Sequence record: OQ363659.1
Direction: 5' to 3' (one strand)
Length of the DNA: 64,000 bases
Both the position numbers and the translations under genes were made by a program. The notes under the pieces are model-generated. The model was not told the DNA's origin. It was given only the letters and a program-made list of their open reading frames with translations, and did no database searches. Shown here in pieces: positions 1 through 9,071 of the stretch; position 1 is the first letter of the stretch; every line of letters begins with the position of its first letter.

Positions 1-262
1 TACGCTGTTTGTTGCGTTCCACGTAGTCGGCAATAAACTGGAGTGGGTAAGGACAGTTCGTGGTGTCTGGGATACAGTCCTTATCCAACTGTCGCATCAG
101 GTTTTCTACGGTACGATCTTTGTCCATGGCGAGATGACCATGTTCATGATAGGTGTTAACCGTCTTCACAACGGGGTTATCGCGAGAACCGGAGAACACC
201 GGGTGACGGGTCAGGTTAAAAAGACCAATACGTTCTTCAAGCGACAGTTTGCGGTTCATCAT
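1..262 (-). CDS. Hypothetical protein, runs off the left edge of the window
   Basis: Manual translation MMNRKLSLEERIGLFNLTRHPVFSG..., open to position 1; start overlaps the end of ORF 237-569; absent from the ORF track. Confidence 0.6.
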   Translation of the reverse strand, partial: MMNRKLSLEERIGLFNLTRHPVFSGSRDNPVVKTVNTYHEHGHLAMDKDRTVENLMRQLDKDCIPDTTNCPYPLQFIADYVERNKQR

Positions 263-569
263 CTGCTTTTATCTCTTCCAGGTATTTCATTTCTTTTTTG
301 GTGAAGAAGCCGTCGGAGTTAACCGGCATTCCATTTTCATGCAGTACGTACCAACGGCTATTCATTAACCCAACCGTGATACCTTTGGTGGTAATGTCGG
401 GATAGTAGCTGAGGAAACAATGTCCGCCAAACACGTTTGCTTCGAAAGCATCAGCATCTACAACACGGACTTGTTTCGTAGCAGTGATCTCTGGCTTCGG
501 ACGGGGCTTAGCCATCAGTTCATCTAGGAAAGCCATTGCATCGAATGCGGTAGTCATTGCCATATCCAT
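237..569 (-). CDS. Hypothetical protein (110 aa)
   Basis: ORF track; tiles with minus-strand neighbours. Confidence 0.75.
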   Translation of the reverse strand: MDMAMTTAFDAMAFLDELMAKPRPKPEITATKQVRVVDADAFEANVFGGHCFLSYYPDITTKGITVGLMNSRWYVLHENGMPVNSDGFFTKKEMKYLEEIKADDEPQTVA

Positions 570-772
570 TTAAGTGGTGATACACTGAACTGGTTCATGA
601 GCCACAGAGCACACCAGCTACCGAACAGTGCCAGCGGAACGGTATACCACCAGTCCAAGATTGCTTTAGCTTTCTTCCGATCTTGTTGAAGCAGGGATAC
701 AAGTGTGATACCAACAGTCCAGATTGCACCAAGTGCAGTTAGAACAATGGCTGCCTCTTGTACGACAGACAT
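554..772 (-). CDS. Small two-TM membrane protein
   Basis: Two hydrophobic segments; start moved to MSVV after GGAGGT RBS. Confidence 0.7.
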   Translation of the reverse strand: MSVVQEAAIVLTALGAIWTVGITLVSLLQQDRKKAKAILDWWYTVPLALFGSWCALWLMNQFSVSPLKWIWQ

Positions 773-818
773 ACTACCTCCAAACATAATGCTTCCCCGA
801 AGGGAAGCACTTATGACG

Positions 819-2219
819 TTAAACAGCTACAGGGGCTTCGATAGCTGGATCAGGATCGTAACCGATTACTTCCAGGTCACGCCAGGTCAGATCGAGCACC
901 GGAGTACCAATCGGGCAATTGATCTTGAGACGTGGCATCTCTTTGGATTTGCGCGTCAGTTGCAATGCGACTTGCTCACGATGGTTGTCGTAGATGTGTG
1001 CATCACCTACAACGTGAATCAGTTCTTCACCATAGTAGTTCAGCTCATGAGCGATCTTGTGCGTCAGAGACGAATAGAACGTCAGGTTGTACGGTGCACC
1101 GAGGAACGCGTCATTACTACGCATGTACACCAGGCACTTCAATGCACGACGTGGGATTTGTCGTTCATCGAGATATGCATGGATTAGTTCATCGTCTTGT
1201 GAAACTTGGTCGTTCTTCTGGCGGGAGAATGCTTCCATCGGCAATGGCTCAGGGACAGAGAACTCGATTATCTTGTCATCTTCCCGATTAGCCAAAGCTT
1301 TAACATGTTCGTTTCGTGCACGACGATAACGAGTCTGCATGATCGACCAGCGTTCCAACATGTCAAGATCACGCACCCAGAACTGGATGAATGAATGGCA
1401 TGGTGGCAAAGCTTGCTCGTCGAGATAAGCTGGGTTCCATGGACACAGAATGTGACGACGGGAATCTGGGTTTTCACGCAGTCCTTTCATCAGATCTTTA
1501 AACTGATCGATCACGCGATGGTACAACAAACCACCACGAGCAAGTTCATCTATCAGAGCAAACCCGCGTTTCTCCAATGCTGGCGCTTCAACGCCATCAT
1601 CTTTACAAACACGGTAGTCATCGATTGCACGGAACATCTTACCGTAGACTGCACCGAGTTCACCTTCAACTACGGTTTCCGTAGGGATACCAATCAACGT
1701 GTAGAACTTACGCATCAGTTCATCACGGTCTGCCTGTGTTAGCATCTGCCCATGATCTTCGATGCAGATATAATGCAAGTGTGTGTACTCACGTCCGGTA
1801 TACTGGCGTTCATAAACGTTGAAACCATCGCCACGGTGAATAGGTCCTTCCCCAGACAATGCCCCATGGCCGATCATCGGTTCATCCCAGCCGAAATGCG
1901 ACCGCTTATAACTACGTTCCATTTCTTTCAGGGTAGCCGGACGATAAACACCGGTGCCTTTCTTGACCCACTCGTCCCAGATGTTACAGTTGTTCTCTTT
2001 CAAGAACTTGACGTTGGTATCACCCGACAACATCCAGTCTTCTTCAACGAAGCCAGTCTTCAGGTGTAGCTTTTTGGTTTGAACAGCAGCGAGGCGATTG
2101 TCGCTGATATTGTAACGACGAACTACGCCAAACGTCGAAGTGGTACCAGTGCCAGTACGGTCACCTTTAGGAACACCGCCTTTCAGGATCTCTTCGAGGT
2201 AAGAATGATATTGTTGCAT
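819..2219 (-). CDS. thyA: Thymidylate synthase with two large insertions (466 aa)
   Basis: Motifs DRTGTGT, WDEW, ALPPCH (catalytic Cys), YMRSNDAFLGAPYN, GDAHIYDNH. Confidence 0.95.
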   Translation of the reverse strand: MQQYHSYLEEILKGGVPKGDRTGTGTTSTFGVVRRYNISDNRLAAVQTKKLHLKTGFVEEDWMLSGDTNVKFLKENNCNIWDEWVKKGTGVYRPATLKEMERSYKRSHFGWDEPMIGHGALSGEGPIHRGDGFNVYERQYTGREYTHLHYICIEDHGQMLTQADRDELMRKFYTLIGIPTETVVEGELGAVYGKMFRAIDDYRVCKDDGVEAPALEKRGFALIDELARGGLLYHRVIDQFKDLMKGLRENPDSRRHILCPWNPAYLDEQALPPCHSFIQFWVRDLDMLERWSIMQTRYRRARNEHVKALANREDDKIIEFSVPEPLPMEAFSRQKNDQVSQDDELIHAYLDERQIPRRALKCLVYMRSNDAFLGAPYNLTFYSSLTHKIAHELNYYGEELIHVVGDAHIYDNHREQVALQLTRKSKEMPRLKINCPIGTPVLDLTWRDLEVIGYDPDPAIEAPVAV

Positions 2220-2245
2220 TGAAGCTTTCCTCTTTTAATAACACA

Positions 2246-2833
2246 CTATTGCCACAGTGCGTCATTTTTCCAGGTTTCATGTCCCACGTTGTACATCACA
2301 CACAGATCACGGTTGTGATGTAAGATCAATGCTGGCCATTCTTTATTCTCACGCAGATGCCGTTGGAGCTGAACCAGCGTGTAGTCGTAGATATCCAGTT
2401 CACAGCTCAACCGAAGACCCGCATTGTAATTAGGTACTCGATAAACCCCTTTAGCCAGTTCTTGGTATTCTGGGGGATCGATGCGTTCTTTGGTTAGCGT
2501 GAGTCGAACTTTTTCGAATTCAACCAGCGTCAGATTCTGAACGCGGTATTCGCCAGTTTCCGAATTGAATTGAATGGTGGAAATCAATTCATCGAATGGT
2601 AACTGCTTACGGTAGACGTTAATGTGCTTACGTTCACCATAACTGTTAAACTGTATTTGGAAACCACCTTTAGGCATCGCACCTTCGACAGTCAGCAGGT
2701 GTCCACCAACGAAGTCAATGCCCTGACCTACGAGATTCTGGTCTACGCCACTACCATCACCGAAATGAACATCGACATCGAATTCAACTCGGTTACCTTC
2801 CACAGCTGATTTGCAATCTTCACAGCAACCCAT
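2246..2833 (-). CDS. Hypothetical protein, Cys-rich N-terminus (MGCCEDC)
   Basis: ORF track; lies between terminator and thyA. Confidence 0.75.
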   Translation of the reverse strand: MGCCEDCKSAVEGNRVEFDVDVHFGDGSGVDQNLVGQGIDFVGGHLLTVEGAMPKGGFQIQFNSYGERKHINVYRKQLPFDELISTIQFNSETGEYRVQNLTLVEFEKVRLTLTKERIDPPEYQELAKGVYRVPNYNAGLRLSCELDIYDYTLVQLQRHLRENKEWPALILHHNRDLCVMYNVGHETWKNDALWQ

Positions 2834-2870
2834 TTACAGCTCCTAACGACATAAAAGAAAAAGGAAGGTT

Positions 2871-2888
2871 GGGGACCCGAAGGTCCCC
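2871..2888 (-). terminator. Intrinsic terminator after the Nampt-like gene
   Basis: GGGGACC-TTCG-GGTCCCC followed by CTTCCTTTTTCTTTT on minus strand. Confidence 0.85.
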
Positions 2889-2894
2889 TCCCAA

Positions 2895-4718
2895 TTAAGC
2901 TTCGACCACCAGCTCTTCCAGATCGAATTCTTCCATCTCATCAGCAATGGATTCTTCGATGTAGTTGCGCATGGTTGCCAGGTCAGTGGTACGAACGAAC
3001 TTACCACCCATCCACAGAGGACGGAGTTCACCCGAACCAGTAGCCAGAGACTTCCAATCCAACGATACCGACTGGATCAGCTTGAAGTCGAAGTTGTCTT
3101 CGTCTACACGCAGGAAGCCACGAGCCGATTTCTTCGATGCAGCAGTCTTCGGATCTTTGTACAGCTCGATCAGACGTTCACGCACTTCACATGCGGTGGC
3201 TTTCATAGCCATACCGAAGGTGTCACGAGTGTTGTACTGATAGGTGTACGAACCGATACCCAACACGACGTTCGACGAAGCGAAGCCTTTGTCAGCCAGA
3301 CGCTGGAAGATCTGTTCAGTACGTTCTACAGTGATCGAGTCACCATAGATCAGGCCGATGTATTCGTTCAGGACTTTGTAGCCCTTGCCGTTTACGTGGC
3401 CACCGAAGGTTTCCCACAGCGACTCGATCGCACCGATGGCTTCAGCACGAGTCATCTCACGACCGATGTAGTCTTCGATAGACCCGGTAGTAGACAACTG
3501 GTTTTGCAGTTCGTAGTACTTGTCGCCGATACGAATTGCTTCGCCTTCAACTGCACACCAGCCGATAGCCATCAGGGCTTCTTGGAAGTCATTCATCGAA
3601 CCGTATTCGACCAGCTTGAAGCCAGTGATAACCTTGACAGGATCACCGGAGTCAGGACGCACTACGACTTTGGCCAGGCCCAGAGCGTTCTTCTTACGTG
3701 CTTCGATCTCCACACGCAGAGTCGGCAGGACGTTGGCGATAACACCCCAGAAGTCGAACGAGTCGCAGACCAGCGAGACAATACCTTCGCCGACTTTGTC
3801 ACGAATGATTTCGAGGATGAACTCGCGCTCACATTCCAGCTTCAGCTTGTCGATGGTTGCCACGTAAACTTCGTGTGGCATTTCCAGCAGGTCCATACCA
3901 ACCGCTTGCAGTTTCTCTTCCAGACGGGAGAGAATGTTGGCAGTGGCTACGGCGTGCTCGGTAGCAGTAACCGATGCACCTACCAGTTCCTTATCAGAAT
4001 CGGCACCGTAAAGAGCTTCCAGGTAGTCGATCGAAGGAATGGTGTCAGTACCAGCGAACGACAGCAGGTGACCGCCGTTAGAACGACCAGCCGCTTCTGG
4101 GCCAGGCATACCACGGAACGAGAAGTCATGACCTTGGAACAGGATGTGGTCACGGTTATCACAGGTCTTGGCTGCCCAACGTTCCATCACCCGACGATAT
4201 TCGTAGGCGATAGTGGCGTTGGTGATTTGCTGCCAGTTGTACGACGACAGGATGGTTTCCAGGTAGTTAACCAACCAGTAGTGTTCTTTGTGCTCTTCTT
4301 CGTTGTAGATAACCCACAGCGGGATGCCGATGTTGACGCGCTTGCCTTCTTCCATAGCCAGCACGGTTACAGGCAGGTAGCCAACGTCGTGCAGCTTGGC
4401 GATTTGCTTGACTGAGATCACGTCTACACCACAAGCGTTATCGAAACGACGCTTAGCGAACTTGATGGCTTTCTCTTTTTCTACCTGGAAGAAAGTACGA
4501 TCCCACAGCTCCACCAGTTCTTGCCAGGTGCCGTAGATACCGAAGTTCACGACTTTGTTATCGTAGTACGACGATGCCGACTTCGAGTGCAGGAAGTTCT
4601 TGGCGGAGCGCGGGGTGAAGTTGGAATACTTACGGGTAGTTCCTTCCGGGTACAGAGGACCGTGCCCTGGTTTGTAGAAATCGGTACCGGTTACAGCTTG
4701 CAGCCACAATGCAGACAT
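2895..4718 (-). CDS. nadV: Nicotinamide phosphoribosyltransferase family protein (probable NARP1 Namat)
   Basis: TDFYK, FHDFSFRG-like (GHDFSFRG), ATEH, SLVCDSFD, VVRPDSGDP, IGLIYGDSIT, LGIGSYTYQYNTRDTFGMAMKAT, KDPKT..KKSARG; directly downstream of a Prs-like gene. Confidence 0.92.
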   Translation of the reverse strand: MSALWLQAVTGTDFYKPGHGPLYPEGTTRKYSNFTPRSAKNFLHSKSASSYYDNKVVNFGIYGTWQELVELWDRTFFQVEKEKAIKFAKRRFDNACGVDVISVKQIAKLHDVGYLPVTVLAMEEGKRVNIGIPLWVIYNEEEHKEHYWLVNYLETILSSYNWQQITNATIAYEYRRVMERWAAKTCDNRDHILFQGHDFSFRGMPGPEAAGRSNGGHLLSFAGTDTIPSIDYLEALYGADSDKELVGASVTATEHAVATANILSRLEEKLQAVGMDLLEMPHEVYVATIDKLKLECEREFILEIIRDKVGEGIVSLVCDSFDFWGVIANVLPTLRVEIEARKKNALGLAKVVVRPDSGDPVKVITGFKLVEYGSMNDFQEALMAIGWCAVEGEAIRIGDKYYELQNQLSTTGSIEDYIGREMTRAEAIGAIESLWETFGGHVNGKGYKVLNEYIGLIYGDSITVERTEQIFQRLADKGFASSNVVLGIGSYTYQYNTRDTFGMAMKATACEVRERLIELYKDPKTAASKKSARGFLRVDEDNFDFKLIQSVSLDWKSLATGSGELRPLWMGGKFVRTTDLATMRNYIEESIADEMEEFDLEELVVEA

Positions 4719-4727
4719 GGTGATTCC

Positions 4728-5669
4728 TTACAGGTGCTTGAATGCGATCAGGTTTACTGGATTGTTTTCACGTTCTGGCAAATCAACGTGATAGGTGTTC
4801 ATGGTGTAGACTTTGTCGAAGACGTCGGTCAACACGTTGACACCAGCCGAGAAGATACCGTGCGTAACGTACAGAGACAGAATCCCTAGATCGTAAGGCT
4901 TCAGTACTTTGGCGAGTTCAGTGAAGGTACGGCCACCGTCACAGATATCGTCGACAACCAGCAGATGCTGATCTTTGAGGTCTTCGAGATCCATGACTTC
5001 ATCACCACAGACATAGCTGTCCACGGTAGTGCGCAGGATCTTGCCATCACGAGTATTGCGCACCTTGTTAGCGTACACGATACCTTTAAAGCCGAACTCC
5101 TTGGCCAGCGATTCGACTTTCTTACGGGCACCAGCATCCGGTGCCACCAAAACGGTATTGGCCGGGATGATACGTTCGTCAGACGAGTAGTCCAGCATGT
5201 ACTTGCGGAACAGATCGTTCAGCGAGAAGATGCGAGCGTTGTTCACAACAGAACCCATCACATCAGAGTGTGGGTCAGTCAGTACAACACGTTCGACGTT
5301 CAGGCTGTTGATGACGTGAGCGAATGCTTTCGCCGAGTTTGCTTCGCCTGGATTACACACACGGTCTTGACGAGCGTATGGCATGTAACCGATGTCCAGG
5401 GTGATCTGCGGGTTAGCAACCACCGCGTTCTCACGGATAGCGTTCACCGCCATGATCAACGACCATGCAGCTGCCGCATCAGGCAACGCCGCTACGATGC
5501 GGTAGGTTTCACCTTTATGCCACACGCCTGGTTGTGCACCATCATCACGAGGAATCGATACGTTCACTTCACCAGCAGGGAACATCCGACCGTCACGGAT
5601 TTCCGTTGGACGGGTCCACGAAGCACCCAGACCTTCTTGTGTGACGATCAACTTCAGATTGGGAGTCAT
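4728..5669 (-). CDS. prs: Ribose-phosphate pyrophosphokinase family protein (probable NARP1 Adps)
   Basis: FPAGEV, YMPYARQDR, DPHS, VAPDAGA, PRPP-binding loop LLVVDDICDGGRTF, YVTHGIFS. Confidence 0.9.
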   Translation of the reverse strand: MTPNLKLIVTQEGLGASWTRPTEIRDGRMFPAGEVNVSIPRDDGAQPGVWHKGETYRIVAALPDAAAAWSLIMAVNAIRENAVVANPQITLDIGYMPYARQDRVCNPGEANSAKAFAHVINSLNVERVVLTDPHSDVMGSVVNNARIFSLNDLFRKYMLDYSSDERIIPANTVLVAPDAGARKKVESLAKEFGFKGIVYANKVRNTRDGKILRTTVDSYVCGDEVMDLEDLKDQHLLVVDDICDGGRTFTELAKVLKPYDLGILSLYVTHGIFSAGVNVLTDVFDKVYTMNTYHVDLPERENNPVNLIAFKHL

Positions 5670-6010
5670 GCAGCTTCCTTTTGTTCAATTGCAAAGTCAG
5701 CATCGAAGAGCAGCTCAACATCACCGAGCTTGGTCTTGATGTTACGGTCAGCTTCATAACGGCAGGTTACCAGATCCATCACCAGATCAGCTTCTTGATC
5801 GCCGCAGCGAACCAAGAACCGAGCAACCTTGCCGAGTTCAACACCACGAGCGATTACGTCAACTTCGTTCGTGAGAATGTTTTCACCATGATAAGCCCCG
5901 ACGAACTTAACCATCGTCACCTGCGCTCCTTCATTAACGAAGAAGCGATCTTTGTGGTAGGTCATTTCATCAGGCAGTACGCGGAACAGGTGGTGCAGTT
6001 TGGTTTCCAT
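5666..6010 (-). CDS. Hypothetical protein (114 aa)
   Basis: ORF track; 4-bp overlap with the prs-like start (translational coupling). Confidence 0.75.
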   Translation of the reverse strand: METKLHHLFRVLPDEMTYHKDRFFVNEGAQVTMVKFVGAYHGENILTNEVDVIARGVELGKVARFLVRCGDQEADLVMDLVTCRYEADRNIKTKLGDVELLFDADFAIEQKEAA

Positions 6011-6020
6011 GCTATCCTCT

Positions 6021-7403
6021 TTATACAGCTGGTTCTCCTACGGCTTCAATAGCTTGCGGTGCACGAGGGGCACCAGCAGGCTTCTTAGCAACAGGAAGTT
6101 CTTGACGCATCGCGTAGTTCTCAGCGATGTACGATTCCGTGATATTTCCCAAGCGATCGACGAAGGCTTGGTGATCGAATGGATGTTCATTGAAAAGGCC
6201 GGACAGTACAGCAGCAGCCGTGTCTTGGAACATTAGATTACGATCGTAAGTAGGATTATCATACATCACATCGATGTAGCGTTTAACCTCAGCATCTTTG
6301 AGGAACGGAACATGGATCTTTTTGTCCACACGGGAAGGACGATATACAGCAGGGTCGATCTTCTCGATATGGTTGGTGGTCATCACGATAATGATGTCTT
6401 CGAGTTCTACCACGCCTTGCAGGATGTTCAGGAACGTGGACAGCTGGATATCACAGTCCATGAAAGCGATCTCTTTAGCCAGATCGTTCTCACCGAGTTC
6501 CAGACGCTTCTCGGCGTCCTTAGCATTGACGCGTTTGTGCAGGGTCTTGACATCGTCGAAGTCTTCGATGCAGAGCATGTCACCAGGCGAGAGCTGGGAG
6601 ATCAGTTTCTGCAACGCACGACCATCGGTAGCCAGGTTGATGAAGTGCAGATCACGTTTGAAACGACGAGCCGCAGCTTTAATCAACGAGGTCTTACCCG
6701 TACCCGGAGGACCTTCGAGAATCACAGTGTGTTTGTAAGCACGCCCACGCTTACGATACCACGCTTCATTATTGATGAACTTTTCAATCGAACCGAAGAA
6801 CTCTTCTTCTACGGTAGGATCGATCACCAACATTTCACCGTGGTTCAACTTAAGCTTACCAGTAATGCTCCAACGACCTTCCTCAGGAGCATAGATCCGA
6901 ACAGAGTTCTTGTCCTTCTTAATACGGAACTCTTCCACCAACCGTTCGAATGGTGCAGTAGAGCGACCGAATGTATAAAGGGTGAACTCTTCCTTTTCAA
7001 TATCCGTACCCGATGAATTTAGGCGTTGAACATTGAACCAGAAATAGCGCCCTTCAAAGAAGAACCAGTGGAACCCAGAACCAGGACCAAACGCAGGTGC
7101 TTCACGATCGAACGTAACACGGCGATTACGATCATACTTGGCCCACTTGGTGCGGGCAAACCACTTCATGAACTCGGCGTAGTTCATCAGGTCCATCGAG
7201 TACGACCCAGCACGGGTAAACGTCATCGAGGAAATGATGTTACGACGAATGGCATTCCAGATCGTGTTAGGGATAGTTCTACCGAACCAACCCAGTACAC
7301 CCATCAGACCCAAGGTCATGAAACCCTTTACCGTGGAATCCCCCGCACTCAACATTTCAAGTGTCTTGTGGAAGAACTCCAATACTTCATTGATGATCAT
7401 CAA
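6021..7403 (-). CDS. BCS1-like membrane-anchored AAA+ ATPase
   Basis: N-terminal hydrophobic anchor; WYRKRGRAYK upstream of Walker A GPPGTGKT; Walker B CIEDFD; LSTFLNILQG; MTTNH; IDPAVYRPSRVD, matching the BCS1 family layout. Confidence 0.8.
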   Translation of the reverse strand: MMIINEVLEFFHKTLEMLSAGDSTVKGFMTLGLMGVLGWFGRTIPNTIWNAIRRNIISSMTFTRAGSYSMDLMNYAEFMKWFARTKWAKYDRNRRVTFDREAPAFGPGSGFHWFFFEGRYFWFNVQRLNSSGTDIEKEEFTLYTFGRSTAPFERLVEEFRIKKDKNSVRIYAPEEGRWSITGKLKLNHGEMLVIDPTVEEEFFGSIEKFINNEAWYRKRGRAYKHTVILEGPPGTGKTSLIKAAARRFKRDLHFINLATDGRALQKLISQLSPGDMLCIEDFDDVKTLHKRVNAKDAEKRLELGENDLAKEIAFMDCDIQLSTFLNILQGVVELEDIIIVMTTNHIEKIDPAVYRPSRVDKKIHVPFLKDAEVKRYIDVMYDNPTYDRNLMFQDTAAAVLSGLFNEHPFDHQAFVDRLGNITESYIAENYAMRQELPVAKKPAGAPRAPQAIEAVGEPAV

Positions 7404-8074
7404 TTCAATCCCGGTTGGATGGTGACGACAGAATCCCAGTTTTCACCGGCAGCCTGTACATATTCGTAGAATGCATCAATTGCTTCAGGAGAAGGGATGT
7501 AGTTCACCCCTTCTTTGGTTGGTACCAGCTTCTGGTCAGTGAGTGTCCAGCGGAACTCTTCGTTGTCATACATCAGAGCGAACACGTCATAACGGACGTT
7601 CAACACAACCGTTACTTCGAGCAGGTTAGTGAAGCCAACCTTGTTCGTGTTAACGCCGACCACAGTTGCATCAACGTACGGCTGGAGTTGTTCGTAGCTG
7701 TACGCACCAGCGAGTTTGGAAAGGCGGAGACCCCAATCCATCACTTGATCCATCAACCCACGTTCGACCATGTCCACGAATGGCACCATGTCGTTACCAA
7801 CTTGCTCCATGTTCGGAGCATGCGTGTATTGACGAGTGCTGACGTCCATGTGGTACAGATGGCCGTTGTTCTGGCGATGTACCGGCAGGAAGTTGAAGAC
7901 GATCCGATGGAGCTCTTCCGAGTGCACCAGAGTTTCCTCAGGGCACCAGATCAAGTCCTTATAGAACCTGTCGTTGAGAGCATAAAGATCCACGGGTGTG
8001 AACCGTGGAGTCTTTGTCATGAAATCAAATGCCGCTGTCTTACGTACAGCAGGAACTAGACGATCCAGGTTCAC
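7400..8074 (-). CDS. Hypothetical protein (224 aa)
   Basis: ORF track; 4-bp overlaps on both sides. Confidence 0.8.
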   Translation of the reverse strand: MNLDRLVPAVRKTAAFDFMTKTPRFTPVDLYALNDRFYKDLIWCPEETLVHSEELHRIVFNFLPVHRQNNGHLYHMDVSTRQYTHAPNMEQVGNDMVPFVDMVERGLMDQVMDWGLRLSKLAGAYSYEQLQPYVDATVVGVNTNKVGFTNLLEVTVVLNVRYDVFALMYDNEEFRWTLTDQKLVPTKEGVNYIPSPEAIDAFYEYVQAAGENWDSVVTIQPGLN

Positions 8075-8778
8075 GCTTTACCCCCTTGGATAACACGCAG
8101 GTGTGGCGGACATACACGACGTTGACGTGGAGCAGGCAGCGAGAAGCCACCAACGTTGCCGAAGTCCAGGAGTGGTTTGGGTTGTTCTTTTGGTGCAGGT
8201 GCAGCAGGACGTTGTGCCAGAGGCTTGCGCTTCATCAGCTCTTGAACGGTGGGCAGTTGATTGCCATCTTCATCGTGCGTCAGAGGTTCCACGCCATGTA
8301 CAGCGTAAGCACCATCTGGCAATGGTTGCATACCAGACTCTTCACCTTCCATGAGGCCCTGAGGACCTTGGATACCGCTTTGGGTCATAAAGTCTTGCAG
8401 TTCTTCACGGAGCTGGATGCCCAGCAGTTCACGTTCGATGTTCGGGATAGGTAGGAAGCTTTGGGTCGACTCGGAAGTCGGAGCGATGAAGCCCAGTACA
8501 GCAGCGTACGGAACTTCTACGAAAACGTCTTGGCGATTGTAGCCACAATTGAAGCTGAAGGTTTCTTCATTGTAGCTGAAATTCTTGGTTGCGTTTGCAG
8601 CGATGTTCAGCTTGATCTGATACAGACCGTTTACTTCGGGTTCCATGATACCAACATCAAACATGCGGGCATCAGCGACCAGCAGGATACGACGTGGCAT
8701 ATCCATGTCGATGAACCACTGGATCATGGTGTTCATTACAGCGCGGGTCATGTTCAGCTCAGGTGCGGCTTGTTGCAT
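8071..8778 (-). CDS. sspB: SspB-like ClpXP adaptor protein
   Basis: IKLNIAANATKNF..FSFNCGY..VEVPYAAVLG resembles SspB core (IVLNIAPRAV..FNARF..VPLAAVLA); disordered linker; C-terminal HLRVI resembles the SspB ClpX-binding tail LRVV. Confidence 0.8.
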   Translation of the reverse strand: MQQAAPELNMTRAVMNTMIQWFIDMDMPRRILLVADARMFDVGIMEPEVNGLYQIKLNIAANATKNFSYNEETFSFNCGYNRQDVFVEVPYAAVLGFIAPTSESTQSFLPIPNIERELLGIQLREELQDFMTQSGIQGPQGLMEGEESGMQPLPDGAYAVHGVEPLTHDEDGNQLPTVQELMKRKPLAQRPAAPAPKEQPKPLLDFGNVGGFSLPAPRQRRVCPPHLRVIQGGKA

Positions 8779-8814
8779 CGTCTTACTCCAATTTTAGTGT
8801 TGTAATTCAAAGTA

Positions 8815-8840
8815 GTTATATAGATTTCAAACTTTTTGGA
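8815..8840 (-). promoter_or_regulatory. phiKZ-type early promoter
   Basis: Minus strand CAAAAAGTTTGAAATCTATATAAC; recurring intergenic motif resembling the phiKZ TATATTAC early motif. Confidence 0.75.
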
Positions 8841-8846
8841 CTGCGC

Positions 8847-9068
8847 TTAGCACCAGTAGGCTAAGGTCAAGGCTTTGACAATCGCAGCTCCAATAGCCAA
8901 CAACAAAAAGCCACCCCCTGCAAGAAAGATCTTGGTATAGATCCGGCAGATAAGATGATAGCGAGGTTGGAACACATGGCTGATAAGTTCGTTACCGATA
9001 GCAAGCAATCCACCCACCACTAACAACAAGAAGCCAATGCACAGCAGAACGAATCCGATATAGAGCAT
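8847..9068 (-). CDS. Small two-TM membrane protein
   Basis: Two strongly hydrophobic segments. Confidence 0.75.
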   Translation of the reverse strand: MLYIGFVLLCIGFLLLVVGGLLAIGNELISHVFQPRYHLICRIYTKIFLAGGGFLLLAIGAAIVKALTLAYWC

Positions 9069-9071
9069 GAT

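Noticed and set aside
819-2219. thyA insertions as inteins or introns
   Set aside because: No Cys/Ser...His-Asn splice junctions, no homing-endonuclease motifs, and the frame is continuous.
3396-4415. 339-aa plus-strand ORF, and similar antisense ORFs over prs, the AAA gene, ligA, rpoB and the protease
   Set aside because: Shadows of genes with clear conserved motifs; no RBS or family motifs of their own.
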